Shown: positions 30,777 to 33,476 of the stretch, in pieces
Layout: the number at the start of each line of letters is the position of its first letter
How positions within the stretch are numbered: the stretch's first letter is position 1
NCBI GenBank assembly: GCA_963676915.2
Contig: CAXXVK010000023.1
Span: 1 to 33,476, forward strand
DNA length: 33,476 nucleotides
Origin: Myxococcota bacterium
GTDB taxonomy: Bacteria > Myxococcota_A > SURF-8 > G963663525
Reading direction: 5' to 3'
Made by a program: the position numbers and the translations under genes
Notes under the pieces: model-generated
What the model was told of the DNA's origin: nothing
The model's input: the letters and a program-made list of their open reading frames with translations, nothing else
Database searches by the model: none

Positions 30777-31856
30777 CTACTTTTCCCCAAGGACATCCCG
30801 ATAAATCGCTTCGATTCGACGTGCAGCCGACGATGCAACGAACCGCTGGGCTGCAAATTCGTTGTTGGTACGCCCCATTTCAAGGCAGGCGCTCCGGATC
30901 TTTTACCAACTGCTCCAGAAAGTCCGCAAACACGGAAGCGTCCAAACTTTCGGTAATAAATCCCATTTTCTCGTGTTCGAAAAAATCAGGGAGACCACCA
31001 ACCGTTCGAGTGATGACAGGCAAGCCGTAACCCATTGCTTCCAGCACCGAACCGGGCATTCCTTCATGATAGGTAGGGAACAGGTACACGTCGCCTTCCT
31101 GAAAAGCTCGTCGTTTCTCTTCACCACGAACAAATCGGGGAATTCCACATCAGAAATTCCTTTTTCTTTGACGTAGCGTTTCACATTCTCCAACTCGGAG
31201 CCATCACCTGCAAAAGTCCATGGTGACGTGTGGATATTTTTCCTTGAGCAACCGATAAGCTTCGAGAGCTTCATACACGCCTTTTTCTTTTTCCACCCTT
31301 GCAAGAAACAAGACGTTGAATCGATTTTGCTTCAAACGCTCGGAGCGATCCGGAACGTTTTCCACTGCCTCTTTCTCAATAATGGTCGTTTCGAGAAAAT
31401 ACTTCGTATCCAGCCCCATATCGATGAGGCGATTTTTGAAAATCGAGCCAAGTACGATAAATGCGTCGGTTTGGAAAAGACTTTTCGGAAAAGAGACAGA
31501 TATTTCTTTCTCAGGCGAGTTTCGAATCCTTCGTCCCATCCATGCATGAAAACAACGGCTTTTTTCCCTTTCTGCTTGGCAAGCCACAGGAAAATCCCAT
31601 CCCGAACAATCGCCCGTTGACCGAACGATGGATTGAGATGCACAAGATCGTAATCCCCTTCTCCCAATTTGCTTGTAAAAACGCCAATAATCCTCAAGCA
31701 TCCTCAATGGAACCTTCCATTTAGGTTCGCCGGTATGACGCGCCCCTACCGTGAAATACTCCACGTCGTCCGCTGAAATGAGGACGAGCGACGCTGTAAT
31801 ACGCAGCAACACCACCGATTTTATTGAGATTTAACAGTATTCAGAAGTATTTTCAT
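30777..31856 (-). CDS. Glycosyltransferase family 4 (GT-B), frameshifted
   Basis: MKILL...IGGVAAYY, DLVHLNPS, MHGW, LFLARVEKEKG, FAGDG, PTYHEGMPGSVLEAMGYGLPVI; ends RIEAIYRDVLGEK* at 30777. Confidence 0.88.
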
Positions 31857-32155
31857 CGAGTTAAACTCCTCGCGAGTTGAATCGGTCATAGCACAATACA
31901 TTGAAAACCAAACGGCCAAAGTCGCTTTTTGCACCTCTTCGTGGTAATGTAAACGCCGGAAACAGTAGTCCGACAACCTGTGTCTGTCAATATTCCTCTC
32001 CCTGTAGAGCCGTTGATCAGGAAACGACATTGAATACGAAGTTTTAAAGAAAATCCCCTTGAATCTTCGATACTTTTTCAGCACATTGAACTGGACAGCA
32101 TTATTCAAGCAACTCCAAACGATTTTTCTATTCCGACCAAGGACCATACGATTCG

Positions 32156-33476
32156 ATGAAAATCTGGCATTATCTTTCTATGATTTCCCTATTGGCGTTT
32201 CCCCTCATTTTGGGAAGCGCTGTCGCACGTCCCCACCTGTTGTTCCCCCAGCTATTATTGCTATTGGCTCTGATTGCCGCTTGGACAATCGGCAATTCCG
32301 ACCGGGAATATCCAACGTCTCGGCTGGTGCAATGGATCTTTCTTGCCTGGGGCGGCATCGGTTTAATTGCAATCGATCCCTTTGCCTCCGGCGCTGGTCG
32401 GATGGATCAGCCCCGCCACGTTGGAAGGGCGGCAAGCCGCCGTCGATCTACTCAACCTTTCGACGGGCTGGATTCCGTTGACGCTTTCCCCTTCCCACAC
32501 CTTATTTCATTCCGGAATTTTTCTAGCTGCCGGATTGGCCGCCCCCATGTGGTCGAGACAATTCCGTAGCAAGAAAAGCCTTTCTTGGCTATTAGGCGGA
32601 TTTACGGCCGTCGGAACGTTTTTGGTGCTCTTCGGTCTGGTACAGATGTTTCTTCCAACACCTTTGCGCTTCGAATCCGTCGCCCCCAACTCTCTCGGTT
32701 TCAACACGTTGTTGATGAACGGCAACAACCTGTCATCCTTCCTGTTTCTCTCCATGGGATCGGCTTTTTCCCTGATGTTCATGGCCAAAAGAGGCCGCTG
32801 GAGAATGCTGGCGGGACTGCTGGGAGTCATCAGCGGTGTTGGTATTGTGCTATCGCTATCGCGAGCCGGGATCGCGCTGCTGATCGTTATCAACTTGCTG
32901 GCAGTACTGCTTTTTGCCCGCAGTCGGTCTGGAAGAAGAAGGTTCCATCCTTCGCATTGTTGAATTGCTGTTTCCTCTGGCTTTCGTCGCAGCCTTTGTT
33001 TTTTTACTGGCAGACATTGATGTCGTCATCCGAGAATTCGATCAAACCGATGCAATATTGAAAACAGAGCGGTGGTAACTCGGACCACTTTTTGAAAACC
33101 TACGTCTGGATTCTATCTTTAAAGAATCCGCACGTTACCTCTTTGGTGGAGTGGGTATCGGTGCTTTCCAAGTGGCTGCGAACCTGTTCTCTGAATTCCG
33201 GCACTCCGGCCACGTATCCCGCAGCGGAAAACATCGCCGTCCAGCAGATCATGGAAGCCGGATGGCTTGGAGGAGCAGTACTGACTGCCGGCCTGTTTTG
33301 GATTTCCATTCGTCCACTGTTGCGTTTCCGTAACGAACCGGCACTATATCCCGTCGCTTTGTACGCTTTTTGCCGTATTCGTATGGGGATTTTTTCGATT
33401 TTGGATTCTATACACCGGGCGTTTTTCTCCCGTGGGCTGCGATGGCCGCGGTACTTAATGGTATTGCCACATCATC
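32156..33476 (+). CDS. O-antigen ligase (WaaL/Wzy_C)-family membrane protein, frameshifted and 3'-truncated
   Basis: Multiple TM segments; NGNNLSSFL, LSLSRAG, GIGAF, AENIAVQQIMEAGWLG across frames. Confidence 0.75.

Noticed and set aside
30870-30890. TGA in the GT4 gene as selenocysteine or readthrough
   Set aside because: The protein continues in a different frame (LEMGRTNNEFAAQRF), so this is an indel, not an in-frame stop.

Overview
Bacterial chromosomal window of roughly 50-55% GC. The gene content (Cys-rich lipoproteins, a TIGR02147 protein, a giant metzincin lipoprotein, DUF4398-Pal) suggests a Myxococcota/Bdellovibrionota-like diderm; this is inference. No rRNA, tRNA, CRISPR array or mobile element was recognised. 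Gene order: 3' end of a DPS-like ferritin; a translationally coupled triplet of two GTPase-DUF697/YcjF-type genes and a 10-repeat Cys-rich lipoprotein; an AT-rich regulatory spacer with a perfect palindrome; a TIGR02147 HTH protein, a small His/Arg-rich membrane protein, a predicted outer-membrane beta-barrel and a ~1817-aa zinc-metalloprotease lipoprotein; a DUF6125 protein; a sphingosine-1-phosphate-lyase-like enzyme; split, head-to-head rlmL/rlmK; tolQRAB-pal; alr; an HxsD-like protein, a Cys-rich membrane protein and a radical SAM enzyme with no His-Xaa-Ser precursor in view; hslVU; an acidic Zn-ribbon protein; gltX; a 5'-nucleotidase; a GT4 glycosyltransferase; and an O-antigen-ligase-like gene. 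Many genes, including gltX, are broken by single-base indels, most likely long-read errors, so several CDS were rebuilt by eye across frames. The best candidates for undescribed systems are the regulator/barrel/giant protease locus (4021-12133), the precursor-less Hxs-like radical SAM cassette (22003-24567) and the twin-GTPase/Cys-rich lipoprotein operon (341-3961). Family assignments come from motif recognition, not database searches.
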